Position numbers and translations under genes: made by a program. Positions 51,005-60,575 of a stretch of 64,000 nucleotides of DNA are shown piece after piece. Position 1 is the first letter of the stretch. Each line of letters begins with the position of its first letter. The stretch is from Asticcacaulis sp. (GTDB lineage: Bacteria; Pseudomonadota; Alphaproteobacteria; Caulobacterales; Caulobacteraceae), in assembly GCF_027484505.1 (NCBI RefSeq), contig NZ_JAIXSV010000133.1:2284-66283 (forward strand), given 5' to 3'. The notes beneath the pieces are model-generated. The model made no database searches and was not told the DNA's origin. It worked only from the letters and a program-made list of their open reading frames with translations.

Positions 51005-52726
51005 ATGTCGCACCCACGTCCCCGTACCCCTGAGACCCTTAAGGATGCTGCCCGCGACGCCGAAAAGAGTCGCGCCAAAGCTGTGCGTCAGACGCTGAAA
51101 CTATGGGCCGATCCGGCGAAAAGACAAGTCACACTTGTGCGACAGCTTGAGATCGGGTCGGTCATATGCGCCACGGGCTTTGCCGCCGGACTGGCCCTGA
51201 GCCTTCAGGCGGTGCGCGCCGGTCAGTTTCCCTTGACGGGTCTGGCCTTATTGTTCCTCAGCCTGTGTCTCAGGGGTGTTATTTCCTACTATAATCAGGT
51301 CCTTAGCCTCAAATCGGCGCGCCTGATCATCGAAAGCCTGCGCCTGTCCCTGATGCGCAAAGCGCTGTCGGGGCGCGGCGTCGGGGCCTCTCAGATGGGG
51401 CGCATGACGGCGCTGTTTGAGCATACCGAAGCGCTTGAAGGCTATTATGCGCGCTTCGTTCCGGCACGGCAGGCGACGGCCCTGACGCCGCTTCTGGTCA
51501 CCCTCGCTATTGGGGTGGCCTCGCCTCTGGCGGCCGCCATCATCCTCTTCACCCTGTGTCCCTTTGTCACACTGATGGCCCTGTCCGGAATGGCCACCGC
51601 CGCCGAATCCCGGCGTCAGCTTGCGGCCCTGACGCGGTTGTCGGGCCTGTTCGCCGACCGTCTGCGCCACCTGCCGCTGATCCGCGCGTTTGATAACGAA
51701 GCCGCGCAGGTCGAAAAGGTGCGGCGCGCTGCCCGCGATGTGTCGGAGCGCACCCTGTCGGTCCTGCGCATGGCTTTCACGGGTTCGGCCATACTGGAGT
51801 TTTTCGCCGCCCTGTCGGTGGCCCTGATCGCCGTCTATTGCGGGTTTGCCCTGCTGGGCCTGCTGCCCTTCCCCGTGCCGGCTGTTCTCGATTTCAATAA
51901 AGGCCTGTTCGGTGGCGACGCCTTTGCGCCGGCCTTCTTTGCTCTGGCGCTGGCCCCCGAAGTCTATCTTCCGCTGCGCCGCCTGAGCGCCGCCTATCAC
52001 GAAGAACAGCAGGCGCGCGCCGCCGCCGAAGCCCTGATGGCGCTGGAGGCGCGACTGGAGACGCCGGACACGGTGCCGCTGACGCTCACCACCGCCCCGG
52101 CCCTGCGCTTTGATCAGGTCAGCGCTGCCTTTGCCGACGATCCAGCGCCCGTCTTCGCCCCGGTGAGTTTCAGCGCCGACAGCGGGGCCATCATCGCCCT
52201 GCGCGGCGAAACGGGGTCGGGCAAGTCCACCCTGCTGCGCCTGCTACTGGGGAACGGCGGAGACGTAGAGGCGCGCGGCCTTATCGAAATCGACGGTCAG
52301 CCTCTGACGCCTGCGCACGACCTGTCGCCCAGCCTGGCGTGGATGTCGCAGCACACGCCGATCCTGCCCGGCACCCTGGCCGACAATCTGCGCCTGTCGC
52401 ACCCGCAGGCCAGCGACACCGAGGTGCAGCGAGTGATCGCCCTGACCGGGCTTGCGGCGCTGGTGGCGGCGCGCGGGCTTGAGACACCGCTGGATGAGCG
52501 CGGCTCAGGCCTCTCCGGTGGCGAGCGGCGGCGCATCGGTCTGGCGCGCGCTCTGCTCAAACCCGCGCCCCTGCTTCTGCTTGATGAACCCACCGCCGAT
52601 CTTGACCCGCAGGCCGAAGCTGCCCTGATCGCGGCCATCCGCACCGCCGCCACAGGCCGCACCGTGATCATGGCCACCCATTCCGAGGCGCTGGCCGCCA
52701 TCGCCACGCACGAGGTGCGGTTATGA
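51005..52726 (+). CDS. cydD: ABC exporter subunit CydD
   Basis: VLRMAFTGSAILEFF, LALAPEVYLPLRRLSAAYH, GETGSGKST, LSGGE, DEPT. Confidence 0.92.
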   Translation: MSHPRPRTPETLKDAARDAEKSRAKAVRQTLKLWADPAKRQVTLVRQLEIGSVICATGFAAGLALSLQAVRAGQFPLTGLALLFLSLCLRGVISYYNQVLSLKSARLIIESLRLSLMRKALSGRGVGASQMGRMTALFEHTEALEGYYARFVPARQATALTPLLVTLAIGVASPLAAAIILFTLCPFVTLMALSGMATAAESRRQLAALTRLSGLFADRLRHLPLIRAFDNEAAQVEKVRRAARDVSERTLSVLRMAFTGSAILEFFAALSVALIAVYCGFALLGLLPFPVPAVLDFNKGLFGGDAFAPAFFALALAPEVYLPLRRLSAAYHEEQQARAAAEALMALEARLETPDTVPLTLTTAPALRFDQVSAAFADDPAPVFAPVSFSADSGAIIALRGETGSGKSTLLRLLLGNGGDVEARGLIEIDGQPLTPAHDLSPSLAWMSQHTPILPGTLADNLRLSHPQASDTEVQRVIALTGLAALVAARGLETPLDERGSGLSGGERRRIGLARALLKPAPLLLLDEPTADLDPQAEAALIAAIRTAATGRTVIMATHSEALAAIATHEVRL

Positions 52727-54324
52727 GCGCCTTCAAAGCCTATTTTGCCGACCTGAAACGCCGTCAGCGTTCGTCCCTGATCGTTGCCTCAGTCTGCGCG
52801 GCAGGCGTGTCGATCGCGGCCACCACCCTGCTCGGCCTGTCCGGCTGGTTTCTGGCCGGAGCCGCCATAGCCGGAGCGGCGGGCGGCGCGGTGATGATGG
52901 CCTTCAACTATCTGCTGCCCTCGGCGGCCATTCGCGGACTGGCCATTGCGCGCACCGTCATGCGCTATTTCGAGCGCCTGAGCGGCCATACGGCGGGCTT
53001 ACGTACTTTGGCGGAGTTGCGTCCGTGGCTGTTTGAGCGGGTAAGCCATGCACCGCTGCGCTTCAGCCGGGGCGAGACCTCGGCACGGCTGGTGCAGGAT
53101 GTCGGGCAACTGGAAAACGCACTGGTGGCGCAAAGCCACTGGGCCTCAGCGCTGGGTGGGCTGATCGCGGCGCTGATCCTGAGCCTGCTGCTGTCGCCTC
53201 TGGCCACCCTGATTGCGGCGGCGGGCATCGGTGCGCTGATCGGCCTGTCGCGCCGCGTCACACCCATCCCCACAACGGGCCTGCCCGAACTGGGGGCGCT
53301 GAAAGACAGCGTGCACGAAACCCTGCCCTTCCTGCCCGACATCGCCGCCTATCGGTTATCAGAGCGGTTTATAGCGCGATTATCAGAGCAGGAGACGGCG
53401 CTACGCACAGCACGTGAGGCGCAGGCGCGCACTGAAAGCCTGCCGGTCCTGCTGAACCTGAGCGTGCTGGCCGCCACCCTGAGCCTGATGGTGATGACCC
53501 ACGCGCGGGCTCCCATGCCGATGCTGGCGCTCGGCCTGCTGGTGACGACGGTGGCCTTCGAATCGACCGGCCCGCTTCTGAAGGCCGTGGCGCAAAAGCG
53601 CCTGTTCTCCGAGGCCGAAGCGCGGGTGGCGGAACTGGGCGACGCAGAGGCCGTGCCACCCACGCCGCGCACGGGGTCGGTTCTGCGCTACGGCGGGCAC
53701 GACTACAATCTTGGCCCGCAGACGCGCCTTCTGATCAGCGGCGCGTCGGGATCGGGCAAGACGCGTCTGATCGACGCCCTGATCGGTTTGCGCCCGATGG
53801 ACGAGGTGCCGGGGCTCACCGCCCTGCCCGACCTGCGATTCAGCCTGTTGCCGCAGGACGCGCCGGTGCTCAATGGCACCATCGGCGATAATCTGCTGAT
53901 GGCCCTGTCGCCGCAGGAGATCGCGGCGGAAACGCCGGAAAGCCTGACGGCGCGGGTGTGGGCCGCGCTGGAGGCGGCGCAACTGAAAACCCGTGTCGCG
54001 GCCATGCCCAAGGGCCTGCACCAATGGATCGGCGACGGCGGCGTGACCCTGTCGGGCGGTGAGCGCAAGCGCCTCAGCCTCGCCCGCGCCCTGCTGCGTC
54101 AGGCCGATGTGCTGGTGCTGGATGAGCCGACCGAGGGGCTGGACGCTGCCACCGAAGCCGCCGTCACCGAGGCGGTCGAAGGGCATCTTAAGCGCACGGG
54201 TCAGGGCCTGATCCTCGTCAGCCACCGTCCGGGCCCGCGACGGCTGTGCGATCAGGAACTCTTGATTGACTCTTATTTCCTACTCCCCCGGCGTGCCGGG
54301 GGAGGTGGCGCGCCGAAGGCGTGA
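52723..54324 (+). CDS. cydC: ABC exporter subunit CydC
   Basis: LLGLSGWFL, FNYLLPSAAIRGLAIART..RYFERL, GASGSGKT, LSGGE, DEPTEGLD. Confidence 0.92.
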   Translation: MSAFKAYFADLKRRQRSSLIVASVCAAGVSIAATTLLGLSGWFLAGAAIAGAAGGAVMMAFNYLLPSAAIRGLAIARTVMRYFERLSGHTAGLRTLAELRPWLFERVSHAPLRFSRGETSARLVQDVGQLENALVAQSHWASALGGLIAALILSLLLSPLATLIAAAGIGALIGLSRRVTPIPTTGLPELGALKDSVHETLPFLPDIAAYRLSERFIARLSEQETALRTAREAQARTESLPVLLNLSVLAATLSLMVMTHARAPMPMLALGLLVTTVAFESTGPLLKAVAQKRLFSEAEARVAELGDAEAVPPTPRTGSVLRYGGHDYNLGPQTRLLISGASGSGKTRLIDALIGLRPMDEVPGLTALPDLRFSLLPQDAPVLNGTIGDNLLMALSPQEIAAETPESLTARVWAALEAAQLKTRVAAMPKGLHQWIGDGGVTLSGGERKRLSLARALLRQADVLVLDEPTEGLDAATEAAVTEAVEGHLKRTGQGLILVSHRPGPRRLCDQELLIDSYFLLPRRAGGGGAPKA

Positions 54325-54457
54325 CGGAGGGGGGCCGGAGGCATATCCTCATGCGCATATCCCCGTTTCACGAGCCCCACCACCACCGCATCCGCATCGG
54401 CGGTCCGATTATCGCCTTTGGCGGCTCGCGCAGTCCCTCCCCGACACGTCGGGAAGG
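54279..54457. repeat. Palindromic repeat, family A copy 3, overlapping the cydC 3' end
   Basis: ctcccccggc-gt-gccgggggaggtgg-cgcgccgaaggcgt-gacggagggg...ccctccccgacacgtcgggaagg. Confidence 0.75.
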
Positions 54458-54523
54458 CACAGGGGTAGCTTTCGCCCGTCTCTTCGCCTAAAACCCGGCT
54501 AAACGACCCGAAGGACACGTCTG

Positions 54524-55381
54524 ATGATCGCATTCGCCCTGCATGGCGGCGCCGGGGCCAAGGCCGGCCGCGACTATGGCCGCGAAATCACCCACATGAA
54601 GGGGCTGGCCAAGATTGCGCGTCACAACCTTCATAACGGCGCCCGCGCGCTGGATGTGGTCACCGAGACCGTGCGCTCGCTCGAAGACTCCGGCCTCTAT
54701 GTGGCCGGCAAAGGCGCGTCGCCCAATGCCGCCGGTGTGTTTGAACTGGACGCCAGCCTGATGAGCGGGGCGGACCGTCGCGCCGGAGCGGTCGCCGCAC
54801 TGGCTGGGTACAAGAACCCTGTCGCTATCGCCCGCGCCGTGATGGAAAAGACGCCGCACGTCCTGCTGGCCGGCGATGGCGCGCGGCAATTTGCCGAAGC
54901 GCAGGGCTTTGAGACGGTGACCGACGACTATTTCACCCGCGCCGGGGCTTTTGAGTCCAACTATCCGCCGGGGACACTGGCGCACGGGACGGTCGGGTGC
55001 GTGTGTCTCGATTCCTATGGCGATCTGGCGGCGGCGACCTCGACGGCCGGCGTGTTCGGCAAGCTGCCGGGCCGCGTCGGCGACACGCCGATCATCGGGG
55101 CGGGCACCTGGGCCGACGACCACGCCGCCATCTCCTGCACCGGTCAGGGCGAATACTTCCTGCGCGTTCAGGCCGCCGCACAGGTGGCCTTCCGTATCGG
55201 GGCCGGTCAGGGCGCGTTCGAAAGCGCCGGTCAGGTGCTGGAGCAGATCGCGCGCATGGGCGGCGAAGGCGGGCTGATCGTCGTCACCCGCTCCGGTGAG
55301 GTGCATACCCCCTTCCGCTCGGCGGGCATGAAGCGCGCCTGGTTCAGCGGTGATGGGGATATTGTTTCCGAGGCGTTTTAG
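54524..55381 (+). CDS. iaaA: Isoaspartyl peptidase/L-asparaginase (Ntn hydrolase)
   Basis: ALHGGAG, ELDASLM, GTVGCV, ATSTAG, GRVGDTP, SCTGQGE. Confidence 0.9.
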   Translation: MIAFALHGGAGAKAGRDYGREITHMKGLAKIARHNLHNGARALDVVTETVRSLEDSGLYVAGKGASPNAAGVFELDASLMSGADRRAGAVAALAGYKNPVAIARAVMEKTPHVLLAGDGARQFAEAQGFETVTDDYFTRAGAFESNYPPGTLAHGTVGCVCLDSYGDLAAATSTAGVFGKLPGRVGDTPIIGAGTWADDHAAISCTGQGEYFLRVQAAAQVAFRIGAGQGAFESAGQVLEQIARMGGEGGLIVVTRSGEVHTPFRSAGMKRAWFSGDGDIVSEAF

Positions 55382-55387
55382 GTTTTG

Positions 55388-55641
55388 AACCACGGATAGA
55401 CACGGATGACCGCCTTCGGCGGTCCCACGGATATCATGGTTTAGAGCGGGATGATTTTAAGTGGAAGCACCATCCCGCTCTAAGTTTCTGTTTTGTCGCG
55501 CAATTTCTCCGAAAAGTGCATCGCACTTTTGGCTTCGCCGAACTTCGTTTCGGAAGGCGCTCTAAAACGGACACATAGCTCTCTGTGACCTATATCCGTG
55601 TCAGGGCCCGCGCAGCGGGTCCATCCGTGCTATCCGTGGTT
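55388..55641. mobile_element. Family B (CACGGAT subtype) element with a nested family C element
   Basis: Same arms as 42271-42362 but the central GGATATCC is split by a 157-bp insert flanked by ATAT on both sides. Confidence 0.7.
55442..55564. repeat. Repeat family C copy 3
   Basis: tagagcgggatg...catcccgctcta-agtttctgttttg...tccgaaaagtgcatcgcactttt...gcgctcta. Confidence 0.8.
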
Positions 55642-55662
55642 AAACTTCTCTGCTTTTGCCGC

Positions 55663-56916
55663 CTAAGCCGCGATCTTGCCCTTAAGGCCGACGCAGACGA
55701 CATTGACGAGGCTTTCCAGCGTCATCTGCGCCTTGTCGAGGTCGGAGCGCGACAGGTCGGCCCCGTCGAGGCGCGCCTGACGCAGATCGGCGCGTTGCAG
55801 ATTGGCCCCGCGGATGCGCGCCTCTCTGAGGTCCGCCGGGAACAGCCGGTCACCGGCCAGCCTCAGCGGCCCGATATTGGCCCCCTCCAGATTGGCCCCG
55901 TCCATCCGCACGCCCTTCATCTGCGCGCCGCGCAGGTCGGCCCCGCTCAGGTCGCAATTGCGCAGGTCCGCCCCTTCGAGGTGCGCGCCCTGCAACTGAA
56001 TACCGCGCATATCGAGGCCGTAAAACACCGCCCCTTTGGCCGATAGCGCCGCCAGATTGAGCCCGCTGATGGATTTGAGCGCGCGCAGATCGGCCTTGTC
56101 AAAGGCCGACGGCTTGCCCGCCTTGCCCACACTATCGACCCATTCGGCGTGCTCCCGGATCATCTCGTCATAGGGCAGACGGCTGACGTCCGTCCCGGCG
56201 GCCTTTTCGGTCAGCACACCGCTCAGATTGGTCTGTGAGGCGTTCCAGCTCTCGGTCTTGGTGCCGATCATCACCGCGTCTTTCAGCGATGCACCGCTGA
56301 CATCGCAGCCCGACATGTCCGCACCGGACAGGTCGCAATTGTCCATGATCGCCTGTTTGAGATTGGCGCGGACCAGCTTGCACGATTTGAGGATGGCGTC
56401 GGTGAAATCGGCCTTCATGGCCTGAATCCCCGACAGCTTGGAGCGCTCCAGATTGGCCCCGCGCAGATTGGTAAACCCGGCGTCCGACACGCGGGTGGAC
56501 ACTTCGACATAGGCCAGACCCGCCGCCTTGTCCGGCAGGGCCAGCGCCCCTTCGCGCAGATCGGCCTCAAACAGGTCCACATCGGCCAGATTGGCCCCGC
56601 GCAGGCAAGCCCCGCGCAAATCCGTGCGACGCAAGGAGGCGCGGGTCAGATTGGCCATCTGCATATCGACGCAATAGAGGTTCGACTGATCGAGCAGCGC
56701 GCCTGACACATCTGCGCCGACCATGATGGCGGCGGTGAAATCGGCGTCGCGCAGGTCGCGCCCGCGGAAATCCAGCCCCGACACGTCCATCCACGCGAAA
56801 ACGGCCCGCGCACCTCCGGGCTTCATAGCCTTGAGACGCTCGTGCTTCTGGCAGATCGCGTCCACCTGCGCCTGGGTCAGACGGGTGTAGCGTGACTGTC
56901 CGGTGGTGGCGCTCAT
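55663..56916 (-). CDS. Pentapeptide-repeat protein
   Basis: Dozens of A(D/N)LRG-type pentapeptides in two blocks, each preceded by a short helical module. Confidence 0.9.
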   Translation of the reverse strand: MSATTGQSRYTRLTQAQVDAICQKHERLKAMKPGGARAVFAWMDVSGLDFRGRDLRDADFTAAIMVGADVSGALLDQSNLYCVDMQMANLTRASLRRTDLRGACLRGANLADVDLFEADLREGALALPDKAAGLAYVEVSTRVSDAGFTNLRGANLERSKLSGIQAMKADFTDAILKSCKLVRANLKQAIMDNCDLSGADMSGCDVSGASLKDAVMIGTKTESWNASQTNLSGVLTEKAAGTDVSRLPYDEMIREHAEWVDSVGKAGKPSAFDKADLRALKSISGLNLAALSAKGAVFYGLDMRGIQLQGAHLEGADLRNCDLSGADLRGAQMKGVRMDGANLEGANIGPLRLAGDRLFPADLREARIRGANLQRADLRQARLDGADLSRSDLDKAQMTLESLVNVVCVGLKGKIAA

Positions 56917-56968
56917 GCGCGGGGACGGACCTTTCGAGAGGGTTTTGATTAACCCTACTGAAAAAGCC

Positions 56969-56983
56969 TAAATCAGGGCTTAA
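56969..56983 (-). promoter_or_regulatory. Possible CtrA site TTAA-N7-TTTA
   Basis: One mismatch; extra TTAACC half-site at 56949-56954; upstream of the pentapeptide gene. Confidence 0.4.
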
Positions 56984-57416
56984 CCGGCAGATTATTCACA
57001 AAATCGGCAATCAGGGTCGCGGCCTCTTCGGCCATCACCCCGGTTTCGACCGTAAGTCCGGCCTCGCTCATGCGCGCAATGCCGAGGTGCGCGGCATAGG
57101 GCGACGGGTCATGACAGGCGAAGACGACGCGGCGGACCCCCGCTTCGACCAGTCGCTGCGAACAGGACAGGCCGCCGTGAGAGCGTGCGCCACAGGGTTC
57201 CAGCGTCACATAGGCCGTGGCCCCTTCCGCGCGGTTATCGAGTTGCGCCAGCGCCGCCTCTTCGGCGTGCGGTCGCCCGCCGTCACCCGTGGCGGCTTCG
57301 GCGATGACGACACCGTCCCTGACGATGACGCAGCCGACCGGCGGATTGGGCACGGTGCGCCCCTGTTGGGCTGTGGCCAGCGCAATGGCCCGCGCCATGT
57401 GGCGGGTATCGCTCAT
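56973..57416 (-). CDS. Stand-alone RibD-type deaminase domain (no reductase domain)
   Basis: TVPNPPVGCVIV, RPHAEEAAL, YVTLEPC...C zinc ligands; only 147 aa. Confidence 0.8.
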   Translation of the reverse strand: MSDTRHMARAIALATAQQGRTVPNPPVGCVIVRDGVVIAEAATGDGGRPHAEEAALAQLDNRAEGATAYVTLEPCGARSHGGLSCSQRLVEAGVRRVVFACHDPSPYAAHLGIARMSEAGLTVETGVMAEEAATLIADFVNNLPVKP

Positions 57417-57431
57417 CGCCCCGCCCTTCCC

Positions 57432-58148
57432 CTACCCCTGCAAAACCGGCACAGGATTCGCACGCTCGGCATCGAGATATTTCGCCGACACGGGCGTCAG
57501 CGCCGCATCAAGGTCGATGACCAGCGGGTTCGAGGTCGGCACTTCGACCTCCAGAATCTCGGCCTCACCCAGGTTGAACAGCAGCTTGATAATGGCGCGG
57601 ATCGAATTGCCGTGCGCCGCCACCAGCACCGTATCCCCGGCCTTCAGCGCCGGCACAATCGAGCCGTCCCAGAAGGGCAGCACGCGGTCCAAAGTCGTCT
57701 TCAGGCTCTCGGTCAGCGGCAGGACCGAACCGGCATAGCGGCGATCCTTCGAGAAGTCATAGGCGCTGTCGGCCGACAGTTCGGGCGGCGGCACGTCGTA
57801 GGACCGGCGCCAGATCTTCACCTGCTCATCACCGTGCAGGGCGGCGGTTTCGGCCTTATCAAGCCCCGTCAGACCACCATAGTGGCGCTCATTGAGGTGC
57901 CAGTCCTTGATCACCGGCACGTAGGACTGCCCGGCGGCATCGAGCGCCAGATTGCAGGTGCGGATGGCGCGCGTCAGCACCGAGGTAAAGGCGCGGTCGA
58001 TCTCGATCCCCTCGGCCTTGATCAGCTCTCCGCCCTTGACCGCCTGCGCTTCGCCTTCGGCCGTCAGATTGACGTCCACCCAGCCGGTGAAGCGGTTTTC
58101 GAGGTTCCACTGGCTCTGGCCGTGACGGAGGAGAATGAGTTTGGGCAT
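57432..58148 (-). CDS. gpmA: 2,3-bisphosphoglycerate-dependent phosphoglycerate mutase
   Basis: LLRHGQSQWNLENRFTGW, LNERHYG, WRRSY, AHGNS; start ATG 58148. Confidence 0.96.
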   Translation of the reverse strand: MPKLILLRHGQSQWNLENRFTGWVDVNLTAEGEAQAVKGGELIKAEGIEIDRAFTSVLTRAIRTCNLALDAAGQSYVPVIKDWHLNERHYGGLTGLDKAETAALHGDEQVKIWRRSYDVPPPELSADSAYDFSKDRRYAGSVLPLTESLKTTLDRVLPFWDGSIVPALKAGDTVLVAAHGNSIRAIIKLLFNLGEAEILEVEVPTSNPLVIDLDAALTPVSAKYLDAERANPVPVLQG

Positions 58149-58188
58149 CCGGACACCTTTAGAATAAACGACGGTTCCTGCTATAGGA

Positions 58189-58983
58189 TCAGGCCACCTG
58201 CGGGTCAACCGCATCACCGGCACGGATCAGCCCCGGCGACACCACGCGGCAATAAAGGCCGCAGTCGCGGTGACCATAGTGGGTCCACAGCGCCTGCACC
58301 ATCTCGGCATCGCGCTGCGCCGTCTGCGGGTTCACGTGCGTCGCCACACAACGCACAATGGGTTTCAACACCTCCAGCAGAGGCCCCTCTTCCCCGATGC
58401 GCAGCGCCTTGCCCACAAAGGCGTGGTCTTCAAACCCTGACCACCCCTCGACCCAGATATTGGCGCGCAACCGCAAGGGATCTAGGTCGATGCCCATGCG
58501 CGCGGACAGGTCGCGCACGCTGTTCAGATTGAGGATCGACACAAAGCCTTTGGCCGAGTCGGTGAAGCGATAATGATCGACCGCGCCTTCGCGGATATCG
58601 AGAAACCGCAGGGGCTGCGCCACCGGGTCGTAATCCTCATGCGCCGCCAGCACGGTTTCGATATGCCGCTCCAGCGCGTGACGCCCGGCGGGTTGCGCAA
58701 TATCGAAGGAGCGATCATCGACGAACAGACGCTCTGTGATCTCATCATAACGGGTGCGCAGCCGCGCCACGGCGGGATAGCGCGCCAGCACGGCGTACTT
58801 CATCTTGGAGAGGAATTTCGGGTCATCGCGGTCATAACCCGAGGGCCCGACCTCAAGCGCAAACAGACGATCGAAAGGGAAGAAGCCATCGACCGTCAGG
58901 CAGGTCTCCGCCACGGGTTCGGGCGTAAAGCCCTTAACCGGATGCCGCCACAGGGAGTCGATTTTACCATTGGTCGGGTGCAT
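58189..58983 (-). CDS. MOSC-domain protein
   Basis: WRHPVKG, DRLFAL, RLRANIWV, RCVATHVNP with conserved Cys. Confidence 0.88.
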   Translation of the reverse strand: MHPTNGKIDSLWRHPVKGFTPEPVAETCLTVDGFFPFDRLFALEVGPSGYDRDDPKFLSKMKYAVLARYPAVARLRTRYDEITERLFVDDRSFDIAQPAGRHALERHIETVLAAHEDYDPVAQPLRFLDIREGAVDHYRFTDSAKGFVSILNLNSVRDLSARMGIDLDPLRLRANIWVEGWSGFEDHAFVGKALRIGEEGPLLEVLKPIVRCVATHVNPQTAQRDAEMVQALWTHYGHRDCGLYCRVVSPGLIRAGDAVDPQVA

Positions 58984-59046
58984 GGATGAGCCTTAGCGCA
59001 GCGCGCGGCTAAAATATACCCATCGGTTGCCCATTGAACGCGCGTC

Positions 59047-59379
59047 TTACTTTCGGGCCATTGGCCGCTTTTCCCACCAGACATAGGCCGCGTAGAGACC
59101 GAAAAAAGCAGGTAGGAACAGTATGACTATGGTTGTCAGCCACTCTTTCGTCATGAATTGCCACAGGCCCGGCAAGTCCATATCCCGAAAAGCCCATACG
59201 CCGATGGGGACGAACAAACAGGCCAGCGCGGCAAACTGCACGGCGGGCCTGACCTTGAAATGGTCCAGCCACATCCCGACCGGCACGCCAAGCCAGAAAA
59301 GGGCATAGACCTGGCCCTGCGTAACGGCCCAGATCACCACCAAAAGTGAGACCAGCGTTGCGAATATCCTGAGATACAT
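59047..59379 (-). CDS. Small hypothetical multi-pass membrane protein (AT-richer)
   Basis: 110-aa strongly hydrophobic ORF co-oriented between prfA and MOSC. Confidence 0.6.
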   Translation of the reverse strand: MYLRIFATLVSLLVVIWAVTQGQVYALFWLGVPVGMWLDHFKVRPAVQFAALACLFVPIGVWAFRDMDLPGLWQFMTKEWLTTIVILFLPAFFGLYAAYVWWEKRPMARK

Positions 59380-59426
59380 AAGCCCCCCGAAAAACTGAAA
59401 TCTTCAGCCAAGAGTAGAGGCTACAC

Positions 59427-60503
59427 CTATCCCAGTTCTTCTTCAAGCATGGCCAGACGCGCGGCCTGATCGTCGGCGATCAGGGCGTTGATCATCTGAT
59501 CCATCTCGCCTTCCATAAATTGCGACAGGTTATAGAGGGTCAGGTTGATGCGGTGATCGGACACCCGGCCCTGCGGGTAGTTATAGGTGCGGATGCGTTC
59601 CGAGCGGTCGCCGGAGCCGACCTGCGATTTTCGGGCATCGGAGCGTGCGGCATCAAGCGCCTGACGCTGAATGTCGTACAGGCGCGCCTTGAGGTTGCGC
59701 ATGGCGATCTGCCGGTTCATGTGCTGCGACTTTTCCGATGAGGTCGCGACGATCCCCGTCGGCAGGTGGGTGATACGCACCGCCGAGTCGGTCTTGTTGA
59801 CGTGCTGACCGCCGGAGCCCGACGCGCGGTAGGTGTCGATGCGGATGTCTTTGTCCTGAATGTCGATTTCAACGTCTTCGGCTTCGGGCAGGACGGCGAC
59901 GGTGGCCGCTGAGGTGTGGATGCGGCCGCCCGCTTCGGTGGCCGGGACGCGCTGCACGCGGTGCACACCGGATTCGAACTTCAGCTTGCCGAACACGCCG
60001 TCGCCGGTCACCGAGGCGATGATTTCCTTATAGCCACCCGCATCGCCTTCGCTGATCGAGTCAATCTCAACGCGCCAGCCCTGCGACGCCGCATAGCGCG
60101 AATACATGCGGAACAGGTCGCCGGCGAACAGCGCCGCCTCGTCGCCGCCGGTCCCGGCGCGCACTTCGAGGATGGCCGAGGCATTCTCGTCCTTGTCTTT
60201 GGGGGCCAGCAACAGCGCCACGCCGCGTTCCAGCTCCGGCAGGCGCTCTTTCAGCTCCTGAAATTCCTCCTGCGCCAGCGGCGACAGTTCGGGATCATTG
60301 AGCGCGATCAGTTCCTCAAGCTCCGGCCCCGACGCGCGCGCCTTGAGCAGCGCCGTCACCGCATCGACCACGGGTTTCAGTTCGGCGTGTTCCTTCGACA
60401 GCTTGACGATCTCTGTGCCATCGGTGGCGCTTTCCATGCGCGCCTCGATCATGCGGAAACGATCGACGACCTGATCGAGTTTGGCCTGGGGCAGACGTAT
60501 CAA
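59427..60503 (-). CDS. prfA: Peptide chain release factor 1
   Basis: [11 protein letters not shown] (PxT), [16 protein letters not shown]; start uncertain (TTG 60503 or 60518). Confidence 0.96.
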   Translation of the reverse strand: MIRLPQAKLDQVVDRFRMIEARMESATDGTEIVKLSKEHAELKPVVDAVTALLKARASGPELEELIALNDPELSPLAQEEFQELKERLPELERGVALLLAPKDKDENASAILEVRAGTGGDEAALFAGDLFRMYSRYAASQGWRVEIDSISEGDAGGYKEIIASVTGDGVFGKLKFESGVHRVQRVPATEAGGRIHTSAATVAVLPEAEDVEIDIQDKDIRIDTYRASGSGGQHVNKTDSAVRITHLPTGIVATSSEKSQHMNRQIAMRNLKARLYDIQRQALDAARSDARKSQVGSGDRSERIRTYNYPQGRVSDHRINLTLYNLSQFMEGEMDQMINALIADDQAARLAMLEEELG

Positions 60504-60575
60504 AGGGAACGACCTCAAAAGACTTCGTGGCCCCTCCCCGCAATGCCGGGAGGGGGTAAAGCGCGCTTCTTACCT

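Noticed and set aside
59427-60518. prfA not followed by prmC
   Set aside because: The genes are often separated; weak signal on its own.
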